The position numbers and the translations under genes were made by a program. Of a stretch of DNA of 38,264 nucleotides, positions 25,698 through 34,458 are shown piece by piece. This DNA comes from Rickettsiales bacterium. Its GTDB lineage: Bacteria > Pseudomonadota > Alphaproteobacteria > Rickettsiales > UBA1997. Within the stretch, counting starts at the first letter, position 1. Each line of letters starts with the position of its first letter. The stretch is from NCBI GenBank assembly GCA_947487845.1, contig CANKYC010000001.1, positions 1-38,264 on the forward strand, written 5' to 3'. A model generated the notes under the pieces. The model searched no databases, was not told the origin of the DNA, and saw only the letters and a list, made by a program, of their open reading frames with translations.

Positions 25698-26111
25698 TCA
25701 AACCGCTGATGAAAGAAAAAATCTCACAATATCTTTGCCATTTTGATTAACAAAATCGATTTCTAACTTTTCTTTCTCACGCTTAAATTTCGATTTTGTA
25801 ATATCACTCGAAACCAGTTTCCAACCCATTTGGGGCAAGGTTTTATGGTAAAAATTTTTTACTCTTTCCAAATCAATTTTGGTTTCATAGCTCGAAGTCA
25901 TAATGCTTCCTGAGCTTGAATCGAAGCCCAAACTATCATCAAAAATTTTATTCATTCCCAATAAAAGTGGAATATCTTCGCTGCCTTGGACAAAATCTTC
26001 CGAAACGCGGATTTCAACAGGTTCTTTTGTTTGTGAAGCGGTTTTTTGCACCGTTTTTGCACAAGAAAAAATCAAAAAAGTAAGCGGAATTAAAGCGAGA
26101 ATTTTTTTCAT
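25698..26111 (-). CDS. Hypothetical lipoprotein (~137 aa)
   Basis: MKKILALIPLTFLIFSCAKT is a signal peptide with a lipobox-like Cys. It lies immediately downstream of mutM on the same strand. The start is chosen at the internal ATG. Confidence 0.55.
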   Translation of the reverse strand: MKKILALIPLTFLIFSCAKTVQKTASQTKEPVEIRVSEDFVQGSEDIPLLLGMNKIFDDSLGFDSSSGSIMTSSYETKIDLERVKNFYHKTLPQMGWKLVSSDITKSKFKREKEKLEIDFVNQNGKDIVRFFLSSAV

Positions 26112-26112
26112 A

Positions 26113-26982
26113 TTATTTCTGACATTGTGGGCAATAAAAGGATGATCGGCCATTTTGTTTTATCTTTCTGATTAAATTTTTACAAAGCAAACAATTTCCC
26201 CCAGAATTTTTATTGGAATTTTTATTGGAATTTTCATCGGAAGTAACGCAAGATTTTTTATTTTCCCGCCCATAAACCTTAAAACTATTTTGAAAATTTC
26301 CCAAATCGCCTTTAGCATCAACATAATCATTAATTGAAGAGCCACCAAGTTCAATAGCTTTGGCGATAATTTTTTTAATGGAAGAAATCAGTTTTTTTAA
26401 TTCTGTATCAGAAAGCGAATTAGCGTCGCGCAGGGGAGAAATTTTTGAATCAAAAAGTGATTCGTTAATATAGATATTTCCAACGCCGACAACAATTTCA
26501 TTATCCATCATCGTGGTTTTGATATTCATTTTTTTGCGGCTTAATTTTTCTTTTAAATCACTTAAATTAAATTCATCAGAAAGTGGCTCTGGCCCAAGTT
26601 TGGAGAGTATTTTATGGTTTTTAATATTTTTATTTTCGATGAGATCGACAAAGCCAAAACGGCGCGGATCGTTGAAAATTAGCCATAAATTAGCAAATTC
26701 TAACGCAAAATGATCGTGCTTTAATTGATTAAATTCATGTTGCAGCGTGATTTTTCCGCTCATTCCCAAATGAATTATTAGGCTTTTTTTATTATCAAAA
26801 TTAATAATTAAATAACGGGCGCGGCGAGTGATTTCTAGGATTTTGGCATTTTTTAGATCTTGCAAATCAAGCGTTGAGACAATACGCATTTTTTTATCAG
26901 AACGAAAAACGCTTTTTACTTTTTTACCTTCTAAATTTTGTAAACCTTTTCGTACAGTTTCAACTTCCGGTAATTCAGGCAT
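26113..26982 (-). CDS. mutM: Formamidopyrimidine-DNA glycosylase
   Basis: MPELPEVETVRKGL N-terminus, an H2TH region, and a C-terminal zinc finger C..C...GRSSFYCPQCQ. An NSNK tandem insertion precedes the finger. Confidence 0.9.
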   Translation of the reverse strand: MPELPEVETVRKGLQNLEGKKVKSVFRSDKKMRIVSTLDLQDLKNAKILEITRRARYLIINFDNKKSLIIHLGMSGKITLQHEFNQLKHDHFALEFANLWLIFNDPRRFGFVDLIENKNIKNHKILSKLGPEPLSDEFNLSDLKEKLSRKKMNIKTTMMDNEIVVGVGNIYINESLFDSKISPLRDANSLSDTELKKLISSIKKIIAKAIELGGSSINDYVDAKGDLGNFQNSFKVYGRENKKSCVTSDENSNKNSNKNSGGNCLLCKNLIRKIKQNGRSSFYCPQCQK

Positions 26983-27051
26983 AAATTAATTTTGATTTAA
27001 AATTGGGATTTTCTTAAAATGTAAAATTATTCTTTATATTCAAGTTCCTAT

Positions 27052-27097
27052 GGCCCCGTCGTGAAGACGGGGTGACAAACGTCGTGAAGACGGGGCC
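27052..27097. repeat. Twin GC-rich hairpin in the divergent mutM/queH intergenic region
   Basis: The sequence is ggccccgtcgtgaagacggggtgacaaacgtcgtgaagacggggcc. The unit cgtcgtgaagacgggg occurs twice, and the outer ggccccgtc / gacggggcc also pair. Confidence 0.6.
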
Positions 27098-27127
27098 GCT
27101 CGTGCTTAAAATAAAAACCAACTAAAA

Positions 27128-27805
27128 ATGATCGATAAACTTCAACTTCCACCCGAAGCGATTGATAACCGCGTTTTAATGCATAGTTGCTGCGCGCCTT
27201 GTGCGGGAGATTTAATGCAGCGCATGAAAGATTCTGGAATTGAGCAGACAATTTTTTTCTACAATCCCAATATTCATCCCAAAAAAGAATATGAAATTCG
27301 CAAAAACGAAAATAAGCGTTTTGCCGAAAAATTACAAATTCCATTTATCGATGCTGATTACGATGTGCAAGATTGGTTCAAGCGCGCCAAGGGTTTAGAA
27401 TGGGAACCAGAACGCGGCGTTCGTTGCACCAAATGTTTTGATATGCGTTTTGAACGCACAGCGCTTTATGCGGCGGAAAATGGCTTTAAAATTATCACTA
27501 GTTCGCTGGGAATTTCGCGCTGGAAAAATATGGATCAAATTAACGATTGCGGAATTCGCGCGGCAAAAAATTACGAAGGAATTTCTTATTGGACTTACAA
27601 TTGGCGTAAAGGCGGCGGCGCGGCGCGAATGTATGAAATTGCTAAGATGGAAGAATTTTATAAGCAGGAATATTGTGGTTGTATTTTTTCACTAAGAGAC
27701 AGTAATTCTTGGCGTGTTTTGAACGGACGCGAAGAAATTAAAATTGGCGAAGAATTTTATAAAGAGACTGAAATTTCTAAGGAATTAACGGAAGCCAAAA
27801 AGTAA
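27128..27805 (+). CDS. queH: Epoxyqueuosine reductase QueH (DUF208)
   Basis: 225 aa. It has [27 protein letters not shown] and the C-terminal QEYCGCIFS Cys motifs of QueH. Confidence 0.85.
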   Translation: MIDKLQLPPEAIDNRVLMHSCCAPCAGDLMQRMKDSGIEQTIFFYNPNIHPKKEYEIRKNENKRFAEKLQIPFIDADYDVQDWFKRAKGLEWEPERGVRCTKCFDMRFERTALYAAENGFKIITSSLGISRWKNMDQINDCGIRAAKNYEGISYWTYNWRKGGGAARMYEIAKMEEFYKQEYCGCIFSLRDSNSWRVLNGREEIKIGEEFYKETEISKELTEAKK

Positions 27806-28075
27806 ATAGTCACCGAATTAATACTGTTTTGCGATTCAAAAACGATAGCGCCTTCATTGTAGAAATGATGATTAAAAGTAAGGGAATGAAAGATAATAAA
27901 AGCGGCTTTTATCAAAGCAAAAATCAAGCGCGAAGATTTAACCATGTTAGCATCAAAAACTTCGTTGATTTCTTTTCTAGTGGCAAAAAAACTGGTTAAA
28001 TAAACCGCAATCAAAGTCACGCCAATCAAGGTTGAAAGTGCGATTATGAGATTCTTTTTGATTGATTTGCGACAG
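27757..28075 (-). pseudogene. Possible N-terminal remnant of a two-component sensor histidine kinase
   Basis: The frame reads ..KSIKKNLIIALSTLIGVTLIAVYLTSFFATRKEINEVFDANMVKSSRLIFALIK... This is a TM1 plus E..FDA.L pattern like QseC/PmrB-type sensors. There is no ATG and no HisKA/HATPase part, and it runs into the queH 3' end. Confidence 0.25.
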
Positions 28076-28167
28076 CGCCAGTATTTTGAAAACAGAATTT
28101 AGTCTTGGTCTTTTAAAAATTAACTCTATTCCAAGCAAACTTTCTTCCAAATTAAATTTACTAAATC

Positions 28168-29211
28168 ATGAAATTAAAAATTTTTATAGCCACTTTGTTT
28201 CTTGCATTTTCTGCCAACGCCAACGCCAAAAATATTGCTATTCTAGCAACTGGCGGAACTATTTCGGGTGCTGGTGATTCGGCAATTGGCGCTAAATATT
28301 CTTCTTCAAAAATCGATATTGAACAAATCATAAAATCAATTCCCGGAATCACTAATCTTGCCGATATTAAAGCTGAGCAAATCATGCAAACCGCAAGTCA
28401 AAATATGGACGAAGCGGCGTGGTTAAAAATTGCCAAAAAAGTTAACGAAACTTTGGATCAAAAATTAGTTGATGCAGTTGTTGTAACCCATGGAACTGAC
28501 ACGTTAGAAGAAACTGCTTATTTTTTAAACTTAGTTGTGAAAAGCAAAAAACCGGTAATTATTGTTGGTTCAATGCGTCCATCAACTTCTCTAAGTGCTG
28601 ATGGAGCGCTTAATTTATATAATGCAGTAGCGCTTGCAGCCAATGATGATGCGGCCAAAAAAGGTGTGTTGGTTTTGATGAATGATGAAATTTTTGCGGC
28701 GCGTGATGTGGCAAAAACTCACACTACAAATATTGCATCTTTTAAGGCGTTGAATTCTGGTGCGATTGGAGTTGTACATTACGGCAAAACAAAAATTTAT
28801 TATAGTCCGCTTCGTGTACATACTTCTAAAACTGTTTTTGACGTTAGAAAAATGGAAACTTTGCCGAAAGTCGAAATTGTTTATGCCTACGCGGGCAATA
28901 ATGCAGAAGTTATTGATGGGTTCGTTGCGAATGGTGCAAAAGCTATAATTGTTGCTGGAGTTGGGGATGGAAATATTAATCAGAAAACTGTGGAAAAACT
29001 TAGCGAGGTTGCAAAAAAAGGCGTGATTGTGGTTAGAAGCGCGCATCTTGGAGCGGGATTTGTTGTAAGAAATGCCGAAATTAATGATGATGAGTTGGGG
29101 TTTGTGACGGCGGATAATTTGAGTCCGCAAAAGGCGAGGGTTTTGGCGATGATGGCTTTGACAAAAACGGCGGATGTTAAAGAAATTGAAGAGATGTTTG
29201 GGAGATATTAG
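28168..29211 (+). CDS. ansB: Periplasmic type II L-asparaginase
   Basis: The signal peptide is MKLKIFIATLFLAFSANANA. The motifs ILATGGTISG and VVTHGTDTLEETAYFL are asparaginase signatures 1 and 2. Confidence 0.9.
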   Translation: MKLKIFIATLFLAFSANANAKNIAILATGGTISGAGDSAIGAKYSSSKIDIEQIIKSIPGITNLADIKAEQIMQTASQNMDEAAWLKIAKKVNETLDQKLVDAVVVTHGTDTLEETAYFLNLVVKSKKPVIIVGSMRPSTSLSADGALNLYNAVALAANDDAAKKGVLVLMNDEIFAARDVAKTHTTNIASFKALNSGAIGVVHYGKTKIYYSPLRVHTSKTVFDVRKMETLPKVEIVYAYAGNNAEVIDGFVANGAKAIIVAGVGDGNINQKTVEKLSEVAKKGVIVVRSAHLGAGFVVRNAEINDDELGFVTADNLSPQKARVLAMMALTKTADVKEIEEMFGRY

Positions 29212-29310
29212 GGGCGGAGTTCGAACAAAGTCTGTCGTAACTCCAACGATTTTTCTGTCAATTCGAGAAACAATACTGGCCTGCCAGTCGTAGCTCGTAA
29301 GAGCGAAGAC

Positions 29311-29385
29311 TGGAGCGGGCGAAGGGATTCGAACCCTCGACATCCACCTTGGCAAGGTGGCACTCTACCACTGAGCTACGCCCGC
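29311..29385 (-). tRNA. tRNA-Gly (anticodon GCC), CCA encoded
   Basis: I folded the cloverleaf by hand. The acceptor is GCGGGCG/CGCCCGC, the D arm GCTC-AGTGGTA-GAGT, the anticodon arm CCACC-TTGCCAA-GGTGG, the T arm GAGGG-TTCGAAT-CCCTT, and the 3' end T-CCA. Confidence 0.9.
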
Positions 29386-29583
29386 GCGTAAATTATTTTT
29401 TAGATTTTGAATTCGAAAAAAATAAATGTTCTCAAAAGAAATTCATGAGGACTTAAAACGAAGGTCGCGGAATCTAGGAATCGAAAAATAATTTGCAATG
29501 TTCAATTCGTAAAAGTAATTTTATTTCTCTTTTTAAAGCGTCTTCCTTCCTTTATTTTCAAAGTTTCTTAAAGATTTTTAAAT

Positions 29584-30198
29584 ATGAAAATTTCTCAAAA
29601 AATTCTGCTTGTCCCCGCTATTTTTGCCTTATTTTTTGCAACTTCTTGCGTTGAAACCATAATTGTTGGCGCAACAGCAACGGGAGTTTTAACCGTGCGT
29701 GAAAAAAGTTTCAAAAGCACGCAGAAGGACGTGGTTATTGCCAGCAAGTTAGGTAAGGAATTTATTTCTAAAGGTTTAAAAAATCCGGGAAACTCGATTG
29801 ACATTTCAGTAAATGAAGGTCGCGTTTTATTAACCGGAATCGCCCGCGACCCTGAAAAAGCAAAGCTTGCTAATCAATTGGCCTGGAAAATTGCTAGTGT
29901 AAAAGAAGTGATTGATGAAATTCAAGTTAGCGAAGAAGAAAATTTACGCGCTGCTGATTTTGGTCGCGCTTTTATGGATTATGTAATCACTTTGGAAATT
30001 GAAGCCAAATTGCTTTTCATAAGTGATGTTGCAACCGTGAATTACAAAATTACGACAGTGAATAAAACCGTTTATTTGCTTGGTTTGGCAAATGATAATT
30101 CGGAAATGCAAAAAGTTTTGTCAATGGTTGCAAAAGTTAGTGGTGTCAAAAAAGTTGTTAATCACATAATTTTAGTTGATGACAATAGACGCGGATAA
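29584..30198 (+). CDS. BON-domain lipoprotein (OsmY/DolP-like)
   Basis: 204 aa. The signal peptide ends ..FFATSC. There are two BON-like units, ISVNEGRVLLTGIARDPEKA... and ITTVNKTVYLLGLANDNSEM... Confidence 0.7.
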   Translation: MKISQKILLVPAIFALFFATSCVETIIVGATATGVLTVREKSFKSTQKDVVIASKLGKEFISKGLKNPGNSIDISVNEGRVLLTGIARDPEKAKLANQLAWKIASVKEVIDEIQVSEEENLRAADFGRAFMDYVITLEIEAKLLFISDVATVNYKITTVNKTVYLLGLANDNSEMQKVLSMVAKVSGVKKVVNHIILVDDNRRG

Positions 30199-31621
30199 TA
30201 ACCAAATTGTAACTTTTGGTTGTCGCTTAAATGCTTACGAAAGCGAAGCGATAAAAGAAGCGCTGAAAAAAACTGACCAGAAAAACCTGATTGTTTTTAA
30301 TTCTTGTGCCGTAACAAGTGAAGCGGAGCGCGAGTTGCGCCAAGCTGTGCGCCGCGCCAGAAAAAATAATCCCGAAGCCAAAATTGTTGTAACAGGTTGC
30401 GCCGCGCAAATTGATCCGCAAAAATATGCCAAAATGGCAGAAGTTGATTTAGTTTTGGGCAATGTCGAAAAATCTAATCCGCAAAGTTACGGCTTATTGT
30501 CGCAACAGATTCCAAAACAAGTTCAGGATGACGAAGATTTTGGGAAAATTTCTCTACATCATCATCCTGAACTTGCTTTTGAATCTATTATTGACATCGC
30601 TTCCAAAGATATTTCCCACAAAGATCGCCTATTTTTTGAAAACCGCAACGCCGCCGCAAATTTTTTAACCACCAACGAAACCAGCAAAATCAAGGTTAAC
30701 GACATTATGTCGGTTCGTGAAACTGCGCCGCAATTAGTTTCTTATTTTGAAAATCAAACCCGCGCTTTTTTAGAAATTCAAAATGGCTGTAATCATCGTT
30801 GCACTTTTTGCATAATCCCATTTGGTCGCGGCAATTCACGCTCGGTGGCGTTTGGCGAAATTGTTGAACAGGCAAAAAAAATGGTGGCGTTGGGGCATAA
30901 AGAAATTGTTTTAACGGGAGTTGATATTTCGGGCTATGGCGAAGATTTAGCCGCGCCAATTACGCTTTCAAAAATGATTAAGCGTTTTTTAAAACTAGTT
31001 CCCGAACTGCCGCGCTTGCGCTTATCTTCAATTGACGTTGCCGAAATTGACGAAGAATTTTTCGATATTCTAAAAAACGAACCGCGTTTTATGCCTTATT
31101 TGCATTTAAGCGTGCAATCGGGCGACGACCTGATTTTAAAAAGAATGAAACGCCGCCATTCCTCAAAACAAGTTTTAGATTTTTGCGCCCGCGCCCGTCA
31201 AATAAGGCCAGAAATCACTTTTGGCTGCGACATTATCGCGGGTTTTCCCACCGAAACTGACGAAATGTTTGAAAATTCGGTGCGATTAATCGAACAAGCG
31301 CAAATTATTTTTACCCACATTTTCCCTTATTCAAAACGCGAAGGAACGCCCGCCGCCAAAATGCCGCAAGTTAATGGCGCAATCATCAAAGAACGCGCCA
31401 AAATTTTGCGCGAAGCGGGCGAACGCCAATTAAAAAAATATTTAGCCAATCAAATTGGCAAAGAATTTAAGGTTCTGATTGAAAAAAACTTTTCTGGCAA
31501 AACCGAAAATTTTTTGGATGTGAAAATTTCTGACGGCAAAAATTTAAAATCAGGCGAGATTATGGAAGTTCAGGTTTACGAAACGGAGGGAAATTTTCTT
31601 ATTGCCAAAAATAAGTGGTGA
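30176..31621 (+). CDS. mtaB: tRNA (t6A37) methylthiotransferase MtaB (radical SAM MTTase)
   Basis: It has a UPF0004 N-domain (VTFGCRLNAYESE), the radical-SAM motif QNGCNHRCTFCIIP and a C-terminal TRAM-like domain. A ~60-aa insert carries a family-B palindrome, and the stop codon lies inside family-A copy A5. Confidence 0.85.
   Translation: MMTIDADNNQIVTFGCRLNAYESEAIKEALKKTDQKNLIVFNSCAVTSEAERELRQAVRRARKNNPEAKIVVTGCAAQIDPQKYAKMAEVDLVLGNVEKSNPQSYGLLSQQIPKQVQDDEDFGKISLHHHPELAFESIIDIASKDISHKDRLFFENRNAAANFLTTNETSKIKVNDIMSVRETAPQLVSYFENQTRAFLEIQNGCNHRCTFCIIPFGRGNSRSVAFGEIVEQAKKMVALGHKEIVLTGVDISGYGEDLAAPITLSKMIKRFLKLVPELPRLRLSSIDVAEIDEEFFDILKNEPRFMPYLHLSVQSGDDLILKRMKRRHSSKQVLDFCARARQIRPEITFGCDIIAGFPTETDEMFENSVRLIEQAQIIFTHIFPYSKREGTPAAKMPQVNGAIIKERAKILREAGERQLKKYLANQIGKEFKVLIEKNFSGKTENFLDVKISDGKNLKSGEIMEVQVYETEGNFLIAKNKW
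30519..30573. repeat. Family-B palindrome, copy B3, in-frame inside mtaB
   Basis: caagttcaggatgacg (30519-30534) and catcatcctgaacttg (30558-30573) are reverse complements with one mismatch. They encode QVQDDEDFGKISLHHHPELA. Confidence 0.7.
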
Positions 31622-31905
31622 TTATCCTTTAAAATAAAACCGAAGCCACCTAGAACCCCGAAGCCACAACCCTCAAATCCCGAAGCCACAACAACCCTCA
31701 AATCCCGAAGCCACAACAACCCTGAACCCCGAAGTCACAACAACCCTCAACCCCGAAGTCACAACAACCCTGAACCCCGAAGTCACAACAACCCTCAACC
31801 CCGAAGTCACCCTGAGTTTATCGAAGGGTGATTCAAGCCCGAAACCCTAAATCACCCTTCGATAAACTCAGGGTGACATTCATTATGTTTCAAGGGATAA
31901 TTCAC
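31617..31905. mobile_element. Family-A element, copy A5, expanded internally by a 24-25-nt tandem array
   Basis: It starts ggtgattatcc and ends gggataattcac, with the core hairpin at ~31805-31880. The perfect 8-bp direct repeat aaataagt lies at 31609-31616 and 31906-31913. Confidence 0.8.
31640..31800. repeat. Tandem repeat of ~7 units of ccccgaag(c/t)cacaacaaccct(c/g)aa inside A5
   Basis: Units were read directly. The last unit merges into the gaagtcaccctgag arm of the A5 hairpin. Confidence 0.85.
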
Positions 31906-31917
31906 AAATAAGTGAAA

Positions 31918-32276
31918 GATTTTGAGTTGACGACAAAATTAATCGTCGCGATACTTCCGCGCTGTTTAAAAGCCGCTTTTAATAAAAATAAAATCTATTG
32001 TGAATGCAGCGATTCAGTCGTCTGCGAGAGCAATTCAAAATTTGCCAAATTCGACATAAGTTGAATTTCATTCAAGTATAATCAAAACAATGACAATTTC
32101 GCAAAAATCTTACCTAGAATCTAAATCGTGGGCGTTTGAAGAAGTGCGCCGCATATTGGCACTTTTGGCGAAGTTGTACGTACATCGTTTGTGCGTCACG
32201 CGTTTCAATGTTTGGCGCCCGAAATTCCAACGCGCATGTTTTGCGTTTCTGATGATATTGACGGGCTGCGCAAAGT
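31918..32276 (+). pseudogene. Decayed duplicate of the lysK promoter region and first ~90 codons, with an 82-bp internal deletion and frameshift
   Basis: It aligns base-for-base with 37182-37622, with about 16 substitutions by my count. It lacks 82 bp between two (g/c)cgcat microrepeats. The ORF-track peptide [18 protein letters not shown].. then goes out of frame. Confidence 0.85.
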
Positions 32277-32416
32277 AGTTAAAAAATTTGCAAGTAATTT
32301 ACTTGCGCGCTGAAGCAATTCAAAATTTACTAAATTCAGACGAAGTTTTAATTTGATAAACGTTGTAAGATTTACAGCCTCAAGGTTTAATAAAATACTT
32401 TTGCAAGTAAAAATGC

Positions 32417-33343
32417 TCAAGTTTTAAGCGGTTTTGGTAATATCCAACTCTTAAAATCTTCAATTTTTTGCAAATGAGATTTTTGCTTGGGACTTATCAA
32501 ATAATAGCTGTAACCACTTTTAAAACTGGCGGCAAAAACTTTTATTAAACTGCCATTTTCTAATTCATTCTCAATTAAAAAATCTGGTATCAGGGCAATT
32601 CCAAGGCCATCTTTTGCGGCTTTAAGCAACATAAAAAAATGTTGAAACCCATCATTATAATTTATCTCGGTTTTTTTAACTCGGTGAAATTTAAAATAGT
32701 TTTGCCAAGTGTCGGGGCGCGAAGTGTGAAGCAATAAATTCTGATTTAGCAGGTCGTTGATGCTACGAATTTGATGTTGCGCTTTTAGTTTTGGCGAGCA
32801 AACACAAACAAGCTTTTCCGCCCACATTTTCTCTACGCAAAAATTTTGCCAACTATTCTTTCGGGCAATTCTAATCGAAAAATCCACATCATCCCTCTTG
32901 TCAAAACCAACATGATTATCACCAATTAACATATTTATTTTATAGTAAGGATGCAAAGATTTGAACCCTTCCAACTTTGGCATTAGCCATTGATTGCTTA
33001 AAGATGGCAAAATGCTGATGCTAATCAACTCTTTGCTAGTTTTGTTGGTTAGTTTTGTGGTTGCTTGTTCAACAATTTTTAAAGCCGCATCAATTGCCTC
33101 CAAATATTTTTCTGCCGGCTTTGTTAAAAGCAAACTTTGATGTTTGCGTTCAAACAAATTTAAGCCCAAATAATTTTCCAAAATTGCAATCTGTTTGCTA
33201 ATTGCTCCTTGAGTGACATTCAGCTCCAAAGCCGCTTTGGTAAAGCTTTGATGCTTTGCCGCCGAAGCAAAGGCACGCAGCGAATTTAGAGGTGGAAGTT
33301 TTGTTGTCATAAATTTTGCCAATGAGTTTTTCTCATACGTCAA
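32417..33343 (-). CDS. LysR-family transcriptional regulator (GcvA/AmpR-like subgroup)
   Basis: LPPLNSLRAFASAAKHQSFTKAALELNVTQGAISKQIAILENYLGLNLFER is a wHTH, followed by a LysR substrate-binding domain. It is divergent from the next gene. The start could be the internal ATG at 33310. Confidence 0.85.
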   Translation of the reverse strand: MTYEKNSLAKFMTTKLPPLNSLRAFASAAKHQSFTKAALELNVTQGAISKQIAILENYLGLNLFERKHQSLLLTKPAEKYLEAIDAALKIVEQATTKLTNKTSKELISISILPSLSNQWLMPKLEGFKSLHPYYKINMLIGDNHVGFDKRDDVDFSIRIARKNSWQNFCVEKMWAEKLVCVCSPKLKAQHQIRSINDLLNQNLLLHTSRPDTWQNYFKFHRVKKTEINYNDGFQHFFMLLKAAKDGLGIALIPDFLIENELENGSLIKVFAASFKSGYSYYLISPKQKSHLQKIEDFKSWILPKPLKT

Positions 33344-33427
33344 GTAAAATTACTAGTTTGTCAACACAAAATAAATTGCACTTTTTGCCAGTCGTTGTTT
33401 TCAACAAATCAATTTTTTAATTATTTT

Positions 33428-34432
33428 ATGACTTCTAATTCATTTAAGATTATCGATCCATCCGAAATCAAAACCGCTCACCAAAGAATATCTCCCTACA
33501 TTCACAGAACTCCGCTGCTTTCTTCTCAAATTCTTAACGATTTTTTGGGTCATGAAATAGTTTTTAAAGCTGAATGTTTGCAAAAAATCGGAGCTTTTAA
33601 AATTCGCGGAGCCTTGAACACTTTGCTAGAGCTTAAAGAGAAAAATTCTTTACCAGAAAGTGTTGTGGCATTTAGTTCTGGAAATCACGCTCAAGCCGTT
33701 GCGGTGGCAGGCAAAATGCTTAACGTAAAAACAACAATCGTTTTACCTTTATTCACCTCATCGGTGAAGCAACAAGCGGCAATTTATTATGGTGCAAAAG
33801 TGATTAACACTTCCACCAGAAAAGAAGCTGAAGAAAAAGCTGCCGAAATTGCCGCCAAAGGATCTTTTTTTATTCATTCCTTTGATAATGACGGAGTAAT
33901 TGTCGGGCAAGGAACTTCCTGCTATGAAGCCTTGCAAGATGGCGCAAATCCTGACTCAATTTTCGCCACTTGTGGCGGCGGCGGATGGGTTTCTGGAACT
34001 TTTCTTGCCAAAGAATTGCTGGCACCAAATGTTTTAGTTTTTGGTGCAGAACCAAAGCAAGCAAATGATGCGTCGCAATCTTATGCAAATAATCGCATCA
34101 TAAAATTTAACGATTCACCGCCAACAATTGCCGATGGCGCCCGCGCTCTGGCTGTTTCAGAGCGAACTTTTCATTACTTAAAACAACTTAACGGTTTTTT
34201 TGAAATTGACGAAGAAGAAATAATTTATTGGACACAATGGTTGATACATCTTTTAAAAATCGCCGTTGAACCAACTTCTGCCGTTGCAATGGCAGCAGCC
34301 TTCCACTGGCTTAAAACCCAAAAAACTAAACAGAAAGTTTTGGTTATGTTGTCGGGTGGAAATATCGCAGCAGAAACCTATCAGAAAATTTGGAGTAAAA
34401 GTTATTTAGAGAAATTGCCTTTTTTGCGATAA
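33428..34432 (+). CDS. PLP-dependent serine/threonine dehydratase / serine racemase family enzyme
   Basis: It has FKAECLQKIGAFKIRGA (PLP-lysine motif), SSGNHAQAVA and a CGGGG glycine loop. The start is chosen at MTSNSFK; the track ORF starts at a TTG at 33395. Confidence 0.8.
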   Translation: MTSNSFKIIDPSEIKTAHQRISPYIHRTPLLSSQILNDFLGHEIVFKAECLQKIGAFKIRGALNTLLELKEKNSLPESVVAFSSGNHAQAVAVAGKMLNVKTTIVLPLFTSSVKQQAAIYYGAKVINTSTRKEAEEKAAEIAAKGSFFIHSFDNDGVIVGQGTSCYEALQDGANPDSIFATCGGGGWVSGTFLAKELLAPNVLVFGAEPKQANDASQSYANNRIIKFNDSPPTIADGARALAVSERTFHYLKQLNGFFEIDEEEIIYWTQWLIHLLKIAVEPTSAVAMAAAFHWLKTQKTKQKVLVMLSGGNIAAETYQKIWSKSYLEKLPFLR

Positions 34433-34458
34433 ATTTTTTTAACAAATGACTGACAAAT

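Noticed and set aside
27098-27130. preQ1-type riboswitch upstream of queH (A-rich tail ..aaaataaaaaccaactaaaaATG after a hairpin)
   Set aside because: I could not fit the conserved P1 and loop nucleotides of preQ1-I. As far as I know, queH is not a typical riboswitch-controlled gene. This needs Infernal to settle.
29270-29312. ccagtcgtagctcgtaagagcgaagactgg hairpin next to tRNA-Gly as an att site or integrase target
   Set aside because: No integrase and no direct repeat of the tRNA 3' end is visible in the window. It looks like a fragment of yet another short palindromic repeat.
28615-29355. 246-aa minus-strand ORF
   Set aside because: It is antisense to the well-supported ansB gene and runs into the tRNA-Gly. 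Its peptide has no recognisable features.
32090-32278. 62-aa [29 protein letters not shown]...
   Set aside because: It is not an independent gene. It is the first 22 codons of lysK followed by out-of-frame read-through caused by the 82-bp deletion in the duplicated fragment.
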